From a virus (lineage: Duplodnaviria; Caudoviricetes), in IMG/VR virus record IMGVR_UViG_3300037067_006298, positions 1 to 64,000 of that record: 64,000 bases of DNA, one strand, 5' to 3'. The position numbers and the translations under genes were made by a program. The notes beneath the pieces are model-generated. The model did not search any database. It was not told the DNA's origin and worked only from the letters and a program-made list of their open reading frames with translations. Each line of letters begins with the position of its first letter. Within the stretch, counting starts at the first letter, position 1. Positions 63,490 through 64,000 of this stretch are shown here, one piece after another.

Positions 63490-63521
63490 CAAAGTTATGA
63501 AATGCTTTTCGATAAAGCAAA
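63490..63521 (-). promoter_or_regulatory. consensus Bacteroidota promoter
   Basis: TTTG-N20-TAACTTTG. Confidence 0.7.
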
Positions 63522-63534
63522 AGCATAATAAATG

Positions 63535-64000
63535 TCATGTATGTAAAATATTTCCATATTGTTCTGCTAAAGCGGCAGCTATGCCTGGATATGTTTTAGA
63601 TCTTAGTTTTCGCCTATCAGGAGAGGGAGGCATTTTCCAGACACGATGTTCTCTGCCTTCAACTATATTAGTCGGTTTTAATAAAGGTAGTCCACAAAGC
63701 CAAAGCCATGTTTCTTTTGTTTCTCCGTGTCCGAATTGCCAAGGTTGAATAACCTGGGATTTTTTACCGATATATCTTTGCATTATTGTTTTTGGTTGTT
63801 CAAGACAAACCATTTCACAAACATAACAAGCCTCCTGCCAGGCATCCTTGCAAAGTTGAATACCATCTATCCTTAATTGACTATTCCAATACCAGCGATT
63901 ACCGCAAATGGCAGTATAGGTACATGGCGGATGGAGTATAATTAAGTCCCATTCTTTCAATCGTACTGCTCTGAAAAAATCCATTTTAAGATGCCATTCA
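63535..64000 (-). CDS. DNA cytosine-C5 methyltransferase-like protein, 5' end outside window
   Basis: WDLIILHPPCT (catalytic PC), QP.QFGH...K.T.LWL..LP, RS.TY.GIA.A.A.Q; frame open to the edge. Confidence 0.75.
   Translation of the reverse strand, partial: EWHLKMDFFRAVRLKEWDLIILHPPCTYTAICGNRWYWNSQLRIDGIQLCKDAWQEACYVCEMVCLEQPKTIMQRYIGKKSQVIQPWQFGHGETKETWLWLCGLPLLKPTNIVEGREHRVWKMPPSPDRRKLRSKTYPGIAAALAEQYGNILHT

Noticed and set aside
182-63748. Numerous plus-strand ORFs and short nested minus-strand ORFs in the track
   Set aside because: They lie antisense to, or inside, longer motif-bearing genes and show no recognisable domains; treated as shadow ORFs
1-64000. tRNA genes, CRISPR arrays, integrase/att sites, inteins in terL or primase
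   Set aside because: None recognised; intergenic gaps are short and accounted for, and terL and primase-helicase have normal lengths

Overview
A ~64 kb stretch, probably most of the genome, of a Bacteroidota-infecting podovirus-type phage with a crAss-like morphogenesis module. Essentially all credible genes are on the minus strand. In transcription order (right to left): a truncated DNA methyltransferase; a peptide + DUF6734-like operon; a lambda-O-like replication initiator with a structured leader and internal iteron-like repeats; a GroES-like gene; a ~10 kb glycan/acyl-modification island (glycosyltransferase-like genes, SDR, FabH, MaoC, FkbH, ACP, DegT aminotransferase, NeuD/PglD acetyltransferase, methyltransferase-GT2 fusion, PAPS-reductase family) that runs by overlapping codons into the large terminase; portal, scaffold and major capsid; four tail ring genes; a tail-tip ('muzzle'/stabilisation) gene that appears split into three ORFs by adhesin-like cargo; three ejection-type proteins (largest 2497 aa, no RNA polymerase motif seen); a lysis cassette; and an early replication/recombination module (HTH, primase-helicase, GroES, YqaJ exonuclease, RusA, KTSC, DUF3127, minimal PolX, RecT-like). 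Host assignment rests on Bacteroidota-type TAnnTTTG promoters, A-rich non-SD start contexts and DUF3127. No tRNA, CRISPR array, integrase, reverse transcriptase or replicative DNA polymerase was recognised. All family calls are from motif recognition by eye; no searches were run. Top candidates for new biology: (1) a phage-encoded ACP-dependent acyl-aminosugar pathway; (2) the three-piece tail-tip protein; (3) plasmid-like leader-peptide/RNA-structure control of the initiator; (4) a candidate small RNA complementary to the scaffold gene start.
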